DNA from: Candidatus Woykebacteria bacterium
Lineage (GTDB): Bacteria; Patescibacteriota; Microgenomatia; Woykebacterales; RBG-16-39-9b
Assembly: GCA_040876345.1 (NCBI GenBank)
Contig: JBBDPM010000001.1
Location: 116,688 to 180,687, forward strand
Direction of reading: 5' to 3'
DNA length: 64,000 nucleotides
The notes under the pieces are model-generated. The model saw only the letters and a list, made by a program, of their open reading frames with translations, had not been told where the DNA came from and ran no database searches. The translations under genes were made by a program, and so were the position numbers. This document shows, in pieces, positions 1 through 10,126 of this stretch. The first letter of the stretch is position 1. The number at the start of each line of letters is the position of its first letter.

Positions 1-1337
1 GGTCGAACGTTGACATCTACGGCTGGGTAAATACCCGCAGAGACCACGGTAAGATAATTTTTCTTGATGTGCGAGACTCATCTGGTATAGTTCAAGTTGT
101 GGTAACTCCAAAAAGCGAAGAGGCTTATAAAGTTGCTAATGGTCTTGGCTCAGAAGATGTCGTCCACATCACTGGTAAAGTATCCGATAGACCAAAGGAA
201 AACGTGAATCCAGATCTTCCCACAGGTACAGTTGAAATCTCATCAGATAAAATCGAACTAGTCTCTAAATCTAAGGAACTACCAATACCAATCGATGGTG
301 AGGGGTACGATATTGAGGAACTTATTCGCTACAAATATCGCTATATGGATCTTCGCCGAGCCCGCCTTCAGAAAAACCTCAGGCTTCGTCATAAGATAGT
401 AAATCTAGTTCACGAGTTTTTAGATGAGAAAGATTTTGTTGAGATTGAGACGCCTTACCTATCAAAAACTACTCCGGAAGGATCAAGAGATTTTTTAGTT
501 CCAAGCCGGCTTCAAAAAGGCAAGTTTTACGCTTTGACACAGTCCCCGCAACAATATAAGCAACTTTTGCAAATTGCGGGCTTTGAGCGTTACTACCAAA
601 TCGCTAGGGCTTTCAGAGATGAGGATTTGCGAGCCGATAGACAGTTTGAACACACTCAAATTGATTTGGAAATGGCTTTTGTGGATAGAGAGGATGTAAT
701 GAAGCTTGTGGAAGAGATGATTGTTTTCGTGGCCAAAGGGGTCGGAAAGAAAATCGAAAGGACACCCTTCCCCAACCTTTCCTTTCAGGAGGCTAAAGAC
801 AAATATGATACAGATCGCCCTCATTTGGGCGGTGAGGAGGGGTCGTTATCTTTTCTTTGGGTGATCGACTTTCCACTCTTCGATAAAACCCCTGAGGGCA
901 AATACACTTTTGCCCACAATCCGTTCGCCTCGCCAAAATCAGAAGAGGTTGAAGATCTAATGAAAAATAAAAACCTAGACATCCTCAAATCTCTCCAATA
1001 CGATATTGTTTGTAATGGCGAAGAGGTGGGTGGTGGAAGTATCCGTATTAAGGACCCAGAGGTCCAGCGCCAGATTTTTCGGGTGATGGGCTATTCTGAC
1101 CCTCATATTGAGAAAGAGTTTGGTCACCTGCTTTCAGCTTACGAATACGGGGCCCCATTTCACGGTGGAATTGCAATTGGCCTGGATCGCTTGGCTGCTC
1201 TTTTTGCCGGTGAGGAAAATATACGTGAAGTAATTGCTTTTCCGGTTGCATCTTCTGGTCAGACCTCAGTGATGGATGCGCCAAGTGAGGCGGATGAAAA
1301 GCAATTGAAGGAAGTTGGCTTGAAGATTAAGGACTAG
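1..1337 (+). CDS. aspS: Aspartyl-tRNA synthetase, 5'-truncated by window; lacks GAD insertion
   Basis: Frame is open from nt 3 (..IYGWVNTRRDHGKIIFLDVRD). Motifs TPEGSRDFLVPSR, QSPQQYKQLL, FRDEDLRADRQ.E.TQID, GGIAIGLDRL. Confidence 0.97.
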   Translation, partial: SNVDIYGWVNTRRDHGKIIFLDVRDSSGIVQVVVTPKSEEAYKVANGLGSEDVVHITGKVSDRPKENVNPDLPTGTVEISSDKIELVSKSKELPIPIDGEGYDIEELIRYKYRYMDLRRARLQKNLRLRHKIVNLVHEFLDEKDFVEIETPYLSKTTPEGSRDFLVPSRLQKGKFYALTQSPQQYKQLLQIAGFERYYQIARAFRDEDLRADRQFEHTQIDLEMAFVDREDVMKLVEEMIVFVAKGVGKKIERTPFPNLSFQEAKDKYDTDRPHLGGEEGSLSFLWVIDFPLFDKTPEGKYTFAHNPFASPKSEEVEDLMKNKNLDILKSLQYDIVCNGEEVGGGSIRIKDPEVQRQIFRVMGYSDPHIEKEFGHLLSAYEYGAPFHGGIAIGLDRLAALFAGEENIREVIAFPVASSGQTSVMDAPSEADEKQLKEVGLKIKD

Positions 1338-2433
1338 ATGCTCTAGAGCTTATTGGCTTTTCTAAGTACTCGTCGGCAACAGCTGGTAGAAAGGCCACAA
1401 ATTCCACAGTGCTATTTTTATAACTTCCAGTCCCCTCAAGAACATAAATTGGTTCTAGATATGGTTGGTAGGCTTTAGTCTCAAAGTAGGCCAAAGAAAT
1501 ATCGGCTAGCGATATTTCTTCGAAAGAAGTTAACGCCCCTTTAATAAACGAAGCGTTGCTTTGTTGAAAGTCTCTCCAGGCATTTTCTACTCCCCGCAGA
1601 GGATAAGTTGAGGAACTGCCAAAATTTACATTCCAGTGAATAAACTCGGCTTCCAAAACGCCGCCCTCTTTAGAAAGATTTGCACCAAGAACGACTCTTA
1701 CTAATGATGTGTTAGGATTTGCTTGGAATATTTGGTATTTTTCGGCAATTGGTTTTCTAAAAAACAAAATCTCTACGGCGTTAGATTCTGAAAAACTGGT
1801 GACCTTTACCATTTTTTTACCGGTTATTTTATAAAAGTTTATTTTGGTTTTTTCTTGATCCAATTCTTCTGGTAAGGCCTTCACCCTTCTTAAAAAGGCC
1901 AAGGCTTCTCTTGTTGCGTCTTGTTCAGTAATCTTGAAAGGGCCCTTTAGTATAGAAGGGTCTTGTGATGGATCGTATTTATACAAAAACTCACCGGCAA
2001 CAATGTTTGATCGCAGCGATTTAGCCTTTAGTTTAGAGTCGGTCCATAAATAAGCTGTCTCACTAATCTTTTTTGGTGGGCTGGTAAAACCAAACAGTTT
2101 GGCTTTAGCGTTTGCTTCATCTAAAGATGTCAAAGTACCGCCTGGTCTTGGTATTTGGTAGACAGGAAGTTCGGCTGGTAAGCTGGGTAGTACCCCTTGA
2201 ATAGTATCGATTTTGAAAGAAGCTTTTTCTAAATTGGCTTTGACATTTGGAAGAGATGGGGGTGAGAGTTTTCCAAAGGCGGCTTTTGGGTTTACTTGAG
2301 GAGCGGGAAAAACGGCTCTGTACAAGCCTCTGAGACCTAGCCAAATAAGCCATAATACAAAAAGGACTACAATGGCAAGGCCAATCCAGCCTATACCCTT
2401 TCGAATTTGAGAAGAAAGTTCAAAAAGACCCAT
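1327..2433 (-). CDS. Hypothetical membrane-anchored protein
   Basis: 368-aa ORF with an N-terminal TM; TATACT -10 lies 7 nt before the ATG. Confidence 0.8.
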   Translation of the reverse strand: MGLFELSSQIRKGIGWIGLAIVVLFVLWLIWLGLRGLYRAVFPAPQVNPKAAFGKLSPPSLPNVKANLEKASFKIDTIQGVLPSLPAELPVYQIPRPGGTLTSLDEANAKAKLFGFTSPPKKISETAYLWTDSKLKAKSLRSNIVAGEFLYKYDPSQDPSILKGPFKITEQDATREALAFLRRVKALPEELDQEKTKINFYKITGKKMVKVTSFSESNAVEILFFRKPIAEKYQIFQANPNTSLVRVVLGANLSKEGGVLEAEFIHWNVNFGSSSTYPLRGVENAWRDFQQSNASFIKGALTSFEEISLADISLAYFETKAYQPYLEPIYVLEGTGSYKNSTVEFVAFLPAVADEYLEKPISSRASSP

Positions 2434-2487
2434 TAATGTGAGTATAGCTTCTCTCTATGATATAATTCAAGCAATCTTGGAGGTTTA

Positions 2488-3894
2488 ATGAGTGTAAGAG
2501 TTCGAATTGCTCCTTCGCCCACTGGGGAACCACATATCGGTACTGCCTATACCGCCCTTTTCAACTTCGCCTTTGCGAAGCAAGAAAAGGGTAAATTCAT
2601 TTTAAGAATTGAAGATACCGACCAAACTAGACTCGTGCAAGATGCTGAAAAAAAGATAATCGAGGCTCTGAAATGGTTGGGTTTATCTTGGGATGAAGGA
2701 CCAGATGTTGGTGGACCGCGGGGACCTTATAGACAGACTGAGAGGCTTGAAACTTACCAAGAGTATGCTAGGGAACTGGTAAATGCTGGTAAGGCATATT
2801 TTTGTGATTGCTCACCGGAGAGGTTAAAGAGGCTTCGGGATGAGCAGCAATCGAGAAAAGAAGTCCCACGCTATGATGGAAAGTGCCGCGCTCGTATTTT
2901 AAAAGAGGGGCCAAACATAGTGGCGCGGCTTTCGGTTCCAGAGGAAGGAGTGACAAGTTTTAGAGATCAGGTTCGGGGTGAAATTACGTTTCAAAATAAA
3001 GATATTGACGACACTATTATTTTAAAATCAGATAAGTTCCCTACTTACCACTTAGCTAGTGTTGTAGATGACCATATCATGGAAATTACTCACGTAATTC
3101 GAGCTGAGGAATGGCTTTCTAGCACGCCAAAACACGTTTTGCTCTATCAAGCGTTTGGTTGGGAGCTGCCTACTTTTGTCCACCTACCCCTTCTTCGCAA
3201 TCCAGATAGAAGTAAGATAAGTAAACGAAAAAATCCAATATCTCTCACCTGGTACAGGGAGCAAGGTTATTTACCAGAGGCACTACTTAATTATCTTGCA
3301 ACCATGGGTTGGTCGATGCCAGGCGATAAAGAAATATTCACTCTAGAGGAATTTATCAAGAATTTTGATTTTGGCAGAATTGATACAACCGGGCCAATTT
3401 TTGATACTCAGAAATTGGATTGGATGAACGGTGAGTACATCAGAAAAATGAGTTATGGAGAGTTAGTTCAAAGGCTCAAAGAATTCACAAAAGTTAAAAA
3501 AGAAGACATCGCTAGGGTTTTACCTTTAGTAAAAGAAAGAATGAAAAAACTCTCCGAGTTTGATGGTCTAACCAGCTTTATCTTTAAAGAAGAGATTAGT
3601 CCGGAGTTCAGTGAAATTGTTAAAAACTACGCTAATAAGGTGAAAGCAGAAGCTTTAGAGAGAGTCGTAGAAGCACTTCAAAAAACAGCGGATTGGAACA
3701 CTCATAGTATTGAAAAGGCCCTGGAATCTGCGAGAGAAAAATTAAAATGGTCAAAATCTGATCTCTATATGCTTACAAGAGTGGCCATTAGTGGGTCGAG
3801 TACCACACCACCCCTTTTTGAAACCATGGAAGCAGTTGGCAGAGACAAAGTTATTGATAGGTTAAGGGGCGGATCAAGAAGGCTTTTAAAGTGA
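2488..3894 (+). CDS. gltX: Glutamyl-tRNA synthetase
   Basis: RIAPSPTG.PHIG, LRIEDTDQ, KISKR motifs; GGAGG SD. Confidence 0.97.
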   Translation: MSVRVRIAPSPTGEPHIGTAYTALFNFAFAKQEKGKFILRIEDTDQTRLVQDAEKKIIEALKWLGLSWDEGPDVGGPRGPYRQTERLETYQEYARELVNAGKAYFCDCSPERLKRLRDEQQSRKEVPRYDGKCRARILKEGPNIVARLSVPEEGVTSFRDQVRGEITFQNKDIDDTIILKSDKFPTYHLASVVDDHIMEITHVIRAEEWLSSTPKHVLLYQAFGWELPTFVHLPLLRNPDRSKISKRKNPISLTWYREQGYLPEALLNYLATMGWSMPGDKEIFTLEEFIKNFDFGRIDTTGPIFDTQKLDWMNGEYIRKMSYGELVQRLKEFTKVKKEDIARVLPLVKERMKKLSEFDGLTSFIFKEEISPEFSEIVKNYANKVKAEALERVVEALQKTADWNTHSIEKALESAREKLKWSKSDLYMLTRVAISGSSTTPPLFETMEAVGRDKVIDRLRGGSRRLLK

Positions 3895-4785
3895 TTTGAA
3901 ATTTTTACCAAGGAAGTCCCAGACCTCCCTTTTCCAAAGATTTGGGTGAAGTTTGTAGGTTTCGATGTGAAGACCATCCGGAAAAACTACAAATTTGCTG
4001 GTTGGGTGAGCCTCGGCTACTTTATTAGCATCGTCAATTAAAAAGAGAGGGTCGTTTTCTGCGTGAAGAAAAAGTATTGGCAGATCTGGAACTTCTTTTA
4101 CTCTCGCCAGGGGTTTTATCGGCTCAAGGTCTAGGCCATAAAGTTTTTCCGCAACGAAGAGTGCCGTTGGTGTGACAAATGTTGGTATATGCTTTTCCTG
4201 CCAAAGCCGGCGGATGAAAACAGGTTTAAATTCACTTGGCACAGAGTCAATTACTAAAGATCCTACATCCAGATCTTTTGCCGCCATCAAAGTTGAAATC
4301 GCCCCAAAAGAATTAGCAACGATTGCAATTTTTTCACTCTGAAAACCTTTAGTATTTACAAAATCCACGGCCGCTTTTACATCATTTGCCTCTTTCAAAC
4401 CATAAGTTGTTGCCCGACCGCTAGAGGATCCGTGGGCTCGAAAGTCAAATGTTAAGACAGAATATCCTTCGGAAAGTAGATCGCGAATAAGAGGAACGAA
4501 ATAATAGCCTCGGTCTTGACGGTTTTGAGTTATTCCGTGAGCAAGAATTAGCACCTTATCATTACCAGGGAAAAACCAGCCCTTTAGGGTGACGCCATCC
4601 TTAGTTTGAAAAGAAACGTCTTCATAATTTTCGGAAATTAAAGATGCCGATACGTTGTCCTTACTGGGAAAGTGTTGGTGGCTAATACCATAAGCTACGT
4701 AAAAAACTAAACCTATATAGATTAAAATTAATATTAAAATTAGAATAATAAACATCTTCTTAAGTTTTTTTAACAAACCCATCAA
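3886..4785 (-). CDS. Membrane-anchored alpha/beta hydrolase
   Basis: N-terminal TM, LKGWFFPG, HG, DFRAHG.S, ANSFG nucleophile elbow, C-terminal His. Confidence 0.88.
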   Translation of the reverse strand: MMGLLKKLKKMFIILILILILIYIGLVFYVAYGISHQHFPSKDNVSASLISENYEDVSFQTKDGVTLKGWFFPGNDKVLILAHGITQNRQDRGYYFVPLIRDLLSEGYSVLTFDFRAHGSSSGRATTYGLKEANDVKAAVDFVNTKGFQSEKIAIVANSFGAISTLMAAKDLDVGSLVIDSVPSEFKPVFIRRLWQEKHIPTFVTPTALFVAEKLYGLDLEPIKPLARVKEVPDLPILFLHAENDPLFLIDDANKVAEAHPTSKFVVFPDGLHIETYKLHPNLWKREVWDFLGKNFKSL

Positions 4786-4865
4786 CTTAATTATATCAGT
4801 TTTAACGTCAAACTAGTATTAACCACAATCTTGCTAGTTCGGCCAGGAACCTTTAATATGGATAT

Positions 4866-5474
4866 GTGATCAGGGCAATTATTTTTGATGCCGGGGGTGT
4901 ACTTTTTAATAGTGAGCAGTCTCTTTTTAAGAGCCCGTGTGAGTACATTTCCCAGATTACTGGTGAGAGTTTTGATAAAGTATATACAGCTTATAGACAA
5001 GCTATTGTTATTTGTGAGTCTAAGAGTGTTAGTAAAGAAGAGCTTTGGAATACAATAATGGAAAAACTTGACAGATCAATTCCATTTTCCGGTCAAGATC
5101 CAATCGCTCAAGGTTTTAAAGAATTTCAGCCTGATCAAGAAGTAGTTGATCATATTCGCAACTTGAGACCAAAGTACAAGACGGCCCTTGTCTCCAACGC
5201 CAATGCAGTTGAGTTTTCAACCCCTCAAGCGCAAGCTCTTTACAAGAGTTTTGATGTGGTGGTACTTTCGTACCAAGTTGGGGTCCGTAAGCCCCATGAG
5301 AAAATTTACGATGTGGCCTTTGAAAAATTAAGTGTTGAGCCGAAAGAAGCTGTATTTGTAGATAATGAAGCTGATAATGTCGAGGAAGCAACAAAATTGG
5401 GAATGGTCGGGATTTTATTTAAAGATGCAAAGCAGCTCGAAAAAGATCTTGAAAATGTTGGTGTTACTATTTAG
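4866..5474 (+). CDS. HAD-family phosphatase
   Basis: IIFDAGGVL, VSN, KP..IY, FVDN motifs. Confidence 0.9.
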   Translation: MIRAIIFDAGGVLFNSEQSLFKSPCEYISQITGESFDKVYTAYRQAIVICESKSVSKEELWNTIMEKLDRSIPFSGQDPIAQGFKEFQPDQEVVDHIRNLRPKYKTALVSNANAVEFSTPQAQALYKSFDVVVLSYQVGVRKPHEKIYDVAFEKLSVEPKEAVFVDNEADNVEEATKLGMVGILFKDAKQLEKDLENVGVTI

Positions 5475-5525
5475 TTCTGTGGTAAGATTAAATTAAAGTT
5501 ATTTAATTGAAAGAAGAGGTAGTAG

Positions 5526-6485
5526 ATGGCAAAAGTTTATGTGACTAGACCAATCCCAGAGGTTGGTGTAAATACGCTGAAAGAAAAATTTGAAGTTGTG
5601 GTGAACCCAGAAAACAGAGTTTTGTCAAAAGATGAGCTAAAGCAAACGGTTGCTGGGGTGGATGCAATTCTATGTCTTTTAACCGACAAAATTGATGGGG
5701 AGGTGCTTGATGCAGCTGGCAGAGGGCTTAAAGTGGTCGCCAACTACGCCGTCGGGGTTGATAATATAGATCTTGAGGCAGCTAAACAGAGGAACGTAGT
5801 CGTGGCCAACACGCCGGGTGTTCTTACTGAGGCTGTGGCAGAACATGCAATTGCTCTACTTCTTGCTTGCGCCAAAAGCATTACGGAGGCAGATAAATTT
5901 ACCAGGGAGGGTCAATATAAACAGTGGGAGCCAAAGGGTTTTCTTGGACCGCAAGTTACCGGCAAGACTTTGGGTGTTGTTGGACTAGGACGGATTGGGT
6001 CTATGGTAGCCTCCTTTGGTCACAAAGGACTTGGCATGAACATTCTTTATTACGATGTTAAGCAAAATGCAGAGTTTGAGAATGAAGTAGACGCAAAATT
6101 TGCTTCTCTAGATGAAGTTTTGAAGCAATCTGATTTTGTCTCAATTCATGTTCCACTTTTACCGACAACAAAACACTTAATTAACGCTGAAAAATTTAGT
6201 CTGATGAAAAAAACAGCTGTCCTTGTCAATACTTCTCGGGGGCCGGTGATAGACGAGGCAGCTTTGGTGCAAGCTTTGAGAAGCAAGCAAATTTGGGCAG
6301 CGGGCCTTGATGTGTTTGAAAACGAGCCAACCCTGGCAGCCGGTCTAGCCGAGCTCTCAAACGTAATTCTCACACCTCATACTGCAAGCGCGACTTTTGA
6401 GGCAAGAGACGCCATGAGTAAAATGGCCGCCGAAAATATTATCGCTGTCTTGGAAGGTAAGACTCCCCCCAATATTGCCAAATAG
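5526..6485 (+). CDS. D-2-hydroxyacid dehydrogenase (glyoxylate reductase/D-glycerate dehydrogenase)
   Basis: VGVDNID, GLGRIG, NTSRGPVIDE, GLDVFE.EP, TPH.AS. Confidence 0.93.
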   Translation: MAKVYVTRPIPEVGVNTLKEKFEVVVNPENRVLSKDELKQTVAGVDAILCLLTDKIDGEVLDAAGRGLKVVANYAVGVDNIDLEAAKQRNVVVANTPGVLTEAVAEHAIALLLACAKSITEADKFTREGQYKQWEPKGFLGPQVTGKTLGVVGLGRIGSMVASFGHKGLGMNILYYDVKQNAEFENEVDAKFASLDEVLKQSDFVSIHVPLLPTTKHLINAEKFSLMKKTAVLVNTSRGPVIDEAALVQALRSKQIWAAGLDVFENEPTLAAGLAELSNVILTPHTASATFEARDAMSKMAAENIIAVLEGKTPPNIAK

Positions 6486-6493
6486 TTGAGATT

Positions 6494-7312
6494 GTGAAAT
6501 GCCCGGTTTGTGGTGAAGATACAATCGAGAAAGACGGGAAAGCGTATTGCCCATCTTGTAATATTTTCCTTGGAGACGTTTCGAGTATACCGCAATTTGG
6601 TTCTAGGGCCAAGGAAGAAGAGGCCGGTAAAATTTTCCAAAAGCGGGCAAAGAAAAGCTTTCGGGCCGCTCTTTTAACAATCTTTTTAGTTCTTCTTATA
6701 GTATCCCCAATTGCAGCCTATCTTGGTCTTAATTTTACTTCTTTCGGATACAGAGAAAAAGTTTTTTATAAGTATGGATTTACGGCGGAAGCAAGTAGTT
6801 ATTTGAGAAGAAAAACAAGCATCTTCGTAGTTAATATTTCTGAAACAAGGCCTTTCGGCTTTACTCACAGCGGTTATTGGTCAAAATCGGCTGGTGGGAA
6901 TTCGATTAAATTAAACACCGCTAATGACGAAGTGGCAGTTCATGAACTGGCCCACGCTTGGTGGGACAAAATAAGTGTTGATAAAAGTTTGAAGCAAGGT
7001 TTAGTCAACGATACTATTCGGTTATCTAAGCTGAATGATAGCCGCTATAATCAAGCTGTTAAGAAAGCGGGCTTGATTGTAAGCAACTTTTGCAATTGCC
7101 TAAATCCAGCAACAGTAAATTACAAAGGAGTTGATGATCATCATTTCTATGCCTACATGGCCCAATTTACAATGGGTAACTTTAAAGACGGCCCTCACCA
7201 ATTACCAAGCTTTATGTGGAAATACTTTGATAGTATGTTTTTAGGCAAAACAAGAGTTGTTTCCTGTTACGAAACTAAAAGTTGTGGGTTTCCTGACGAC
7301 AACGATCTCTAA
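6494..7312 (+). CDS. Zn-ribbon + TM + HEXXH putative metallopeptidase
   Basis: CPVC..CPSC, one TM, HELAH. Confidence 0.7.
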   Translation: MKCPVCGEDTIEKDGKAYCPSCNIFLGDVSSIPQFGSRAKEEEAGKIFQKRAKKSFRAALLTIFLVLLIVSPIAAYLGLNFTSFGYREKVFYKYGFTAEASSYLRRKTSIFVVNISETRPFGFTHSGYWSKSAGGNSIKLNTANDEVAVHELAHAWWDKISVDKSLKQGLVNDTIRLSKLNDSRYNQAVKKAGLIVSNFCNCLNPATVNYKGVDDHHFYAYMAQFTMGNFKDGPHQLPSFMWKYFDSMFLGKTRVVSCYETKSCGFPDDNDL

Positions 7313-7329
7313 TCTTGGATTGAGACAGA

Positions 7330-7728
7330 TTAAAACACCTCAAGTGCGCTTATCGCTTCTTGGATGTGGGGTATAAACAACACTAGACCGACTATCACTG
7401 AGAAAATTGAAATGAGCAATACCGAGGCAGCCGAAACATCTTTTGCTATCTTAGCTTTAGGAAGAATTTTTTCCTGAGAAGCAAGATCCACCGCAAGTTC
7501 AATTACTGTATTCAAAAGCTCGGCTGTCAGAACCAAAGAAATAGTAAGAAAAAGTAAAACCCATTCAAATCGAGCAAAGTTAAAAATCCAAGCAAGAATG
7601 AGGACTAAAATTCCAAGTAGCGCTTGAATTCTGAAGTTTCGCCCTTCTCTTAGTGCATGAATTAGACCATCAAAAGCATATTTGAAGCTGTTAACTTGTT
7701 CTTTATCTGGGTCAACCCGCTGCTCCAT
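7330..7728 (-). CDS. dgkA: Diacylglycerol/undecaprenol kinase
   Basis: SFKYAFDG, E.LNT.IE..VD, AK.AKDVSA. Confidence 0.88.
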   Translation of the reverse strand: MEQRVDPDKEQVNSFKYAFDGLIHALREGRNFRIQALLGILVLILAWIFNFARFEWVLLFLTISLVLTAELLNTVIELAVDLASQEKILPKAKIAKDVSAASVLLISIFSVIVGLVLFIPHIQEAISALEVF

Positions 7729-7785
7729 AAGTTTAAAACTAATAATATCAAATTTAATCTAGGAACGTTAGAGGATAAAGATATG

Positions 7786-8283
7786 TTATCTGGTTACACT
7801 GATGGAAGGTGCTCCACCACCAGGGTCTTCTGATAGGGGACCAGAGACAGTAACTCGATTGTTTGCAGATCTTCTAATAGTATATCCGGTATTATAATCC
7901 GTGCAGTCGGTGTATTGAAGTGTAGCATCATTTGGATCTGGATCCACGGGCATCTCGGCTAGATATCTTTGGGTTGCCCCAACTAAATCATCACAAATAT
8001 CAGCTCCAGCGTCGCTAATTACCGCAGAGGCTGTGCCGATGTTAGTGGGAATTCTGCCTTCCTCAGCGTAAAATTGGCCAACTGCATTCAATACCGCTAG
8101 GACGTCGGATCTTCTGGTGGTGTTCCTTGCCAAAATAAATTGCCTTGGCGGATTAACAGCGATCAAAACAATTGCAAGTAAGACGGCTAATATTCCGATG
8201 ACAACAAGAAGCTCGATTAGAGTGAAACCTCGCTCGCGGTTCTTTGAAGATTTATTTACTTTCTTGTGGAAGGGCAGATACAT
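7786..8283 (-). CDS. Type IV pilin
   Basis: RGFTLIELLVVIGI class III signal; P.DP motif. Confidence 0.92.
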   Translation of the reverse strand: MYLPFHKKVNKSSKNRERGFTLIELLVVIGILAVLLAIVLIAVNPPRQFILARNTTRRSDVLAVLNAVGQFYAEEGRIPTNIGTASAVISDAGADICDDLVGATQRYLAEMPVDPDPNDATLQYTDCTDYNTGYTIRRSANNRVTVSGPLSEDPGGGAPSISVTR

Positions 8284-8284
8284 T

Positions 8285-9748
8285 TTACTGTTTACCTATA
8301 ATTACCTGTGCATCGGCCGAGCTGGACTCGGCAAGCGCTGCATCTATAACAACAGTATATCTAGTTGATAAATCCTTTGTCAAGAGAGGTAGATAATCTA
8401 GCTTCGATTTCTTAATTCTTATTTCAGTTTTAGTAAAGTTGTAGTTTGCAGCGTTTCCGGAAGAGATAACGTTGTAACCTTTTAGTTTTAGAAAATCAGC
8501 TGCCTCATTAGCCGACCCTGGAACACCGTTACCGTTGAGCGCTTCAACTTTCAACGATGATTTTTTTAGCACCGGTTTCGGCTCTTCCTCTTTCTTTGCA
8601 GATGAAGTTGCCTCTGGTACTTCTTTCGTGGCTGAGGCGGTAGCTGAAGGTGTTGCTGAAGGAATAGCTGAGGCAGTTGCCGGTTGGACGGATGGGGAAG
8701 CTAGAGTTTGCTTATCCCTTCCTTTTGGGGTCGAAAAAAGGCTGAAGATTTTTGGGGTGAGTAGAGCTAAGGTTATGATAATAACAACCAAAGCGGCCCA
8801 AGGCATCAAGCGGCGCAAGCTGGTTTTCGGTAGTATTGGGGTCTGAATTACTTTAGATTTGGTAGGCTCGTGCTCGTAGACTTCTCTTATGTGAAATCCG
8901 GGTATATACTTATTTAGCCCGGTTGCCAGGATCAGTCTTTTAAAGGCCGAGAAATCTCCAATTTGAGGGTTGACCTTCCCAAAAGCAACGGGGAGAAGGG
9001 AGCCAGTAAAACCTGTCTCCTTAACAATATTTAGTATTTCTTCTTCTCTTTCCCCGAATACAAAAATCTCAAAAGCACTGCCCTCTCTAAGTTTTTTAAT
9101 TTCTGCCTCTACCAGCTCCTTAATCCAGGAAGAGAGCCTCTCCTTATTAAAAACTCCGTCTTTGAAGTGTTTTGTTGTTGAAAAATAAATACCCCCATCA
9201 AATACTACCGAGAACAAAACCGAGGCTCCTTCAAGGGAAATAACAAGGGCGGGCTTGGTAGATTTCTCCAGGAAGGGAAGAAAAACGACTGGTTCTGGAA
9301 TTATTGAATTAATCTTCAATCCCAAATCCGCAAAAAGTTTTTGATAAAAACTAATTAGCTCCTGAGGAGAGGCGACAAGTTGAATGCTTTTGTTTTTTAA
9401 AAGCCGCAAGCTTGTGTAGCTTCCTTTCAGAGGATAAGGTACACTTTCCTGAACTTTTGGATCTTCAATTAAGTCCTTTTCTTTTTCGGCCTCAATAACT
9501 TTAAGGAAACTTCCCTCTTCTGCAAGTAGTATGTTGATATGATGAGATTTTGCCTCAGTCACGCTGCCGAGAAGTTGGCCAAGTTTTAACTTTACCTCAT
9601 CATAATTCTTTATCGCCCCCGACTGTATAGATCCATCATTGATTTCGACACTCCCAGAATTGATTAGATCAAATTTGCTGCCAGATTTCTCCACAATAGA
9701 GGCTTTAATCGATTTTTCATTGAAACTAAGAATTAATTCTTTAGCCAT
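8285..9748 (-). CDS. PilM-like N-terminal domain + TM + LytR C-terminal domain fusion
   Basis: N-terminus resembles PilM. TM, Ser/Ala/Thr-rich linker, then VEALNGNGVPGSA...GNA.NY...VIIG (LytR_C). Confidence 0.7.
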   Translation of the reverse strand: MAKELILSFNEKSIKASIVEKSGSKFDLINSGSVEINDGSIQSGAIKNYDEVKLKLGQLLGSVTEAKSHHINILLAEEGSFLKVIEAEKEKDLIEDPKVQESVPYPLKGSYTSLRLLKNKSIQLVASPQELISFYQKLFADLGLKINSIIPEPVVFLPFLEKSTKPALVISLEGASVLFSVVFDGGIYFSTTKHFKDGVFNKERLSSWIKELVEAEIKKLREGSAFEIFVFGEREEEILNIVKETGFTGSLLPVAFGKVNPQIGDFSAFKRLILATGLNKYIPGFHIREVYEHEPTKSKVIQTPILPKTSLRRLMPWAALVVIIITLALLTPKIFSLFSTPKGRDKQTLASPSVQPATASAIPSATPSATASATKEVPEATSSAKKEEEPKPVLKKSSLKVEALNGNGVPGSANEAADFLKLKGYNVISSGNAANYNFTKTEIRIKKSKLDYLPLLTKDLSTRYTVVIDAALAESSSADAQVIIGKQ

Positions 9749-9751
9749 TTT

Positions 9752-10126
9752 TTAAGGAGTTTCCTTCCATGAGGTAGTAGTTAGAATATTATTAGAGATT
9801 GTCACGGAAACTTCAACCCTTCTCTTTAAATTGTTTTTTGTGGCGACGCTTGCAATCAACCTGGGATTAGGAGATAAGGGTACAGCGACTTGTACGGAGG
9901 CACCGTCTGGCGTAACAAAGGTTTCGCCGGTATAACTTGGGTCACGGAGAAGTTTTATTAGTGCTTGTTCGACGCCAGACTCAGCTGCATAATGAATAAT
10001 TTCCGTTTGGGTGGCTCGCCCGACGTTTTGAGCAAAACTAGTCGACACTAAAGCAATGCTTGTAGCCAAAGTGGTCATGGCAATTACAATTAATATTGTG
10101 ACAAGGGCTTGTCCTTTTTGATTCAT
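9752..10126 (-). CDS. Minor pilin, PilX-like
   Basis: KGQALV.., AAESGVEQAL. Confidence 0.85.
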   Translation of the reverse strand: MNQKGQALVTILIVIAMTTLATSIALVSTSFAQNVGRATQTEIIHYAAESGVEQALIKLLRDPSYTGETFVTPDGASVQVAVPLSPNPRLIASVATKNNLKRRVEVSVTISNNILTTTSWKETP

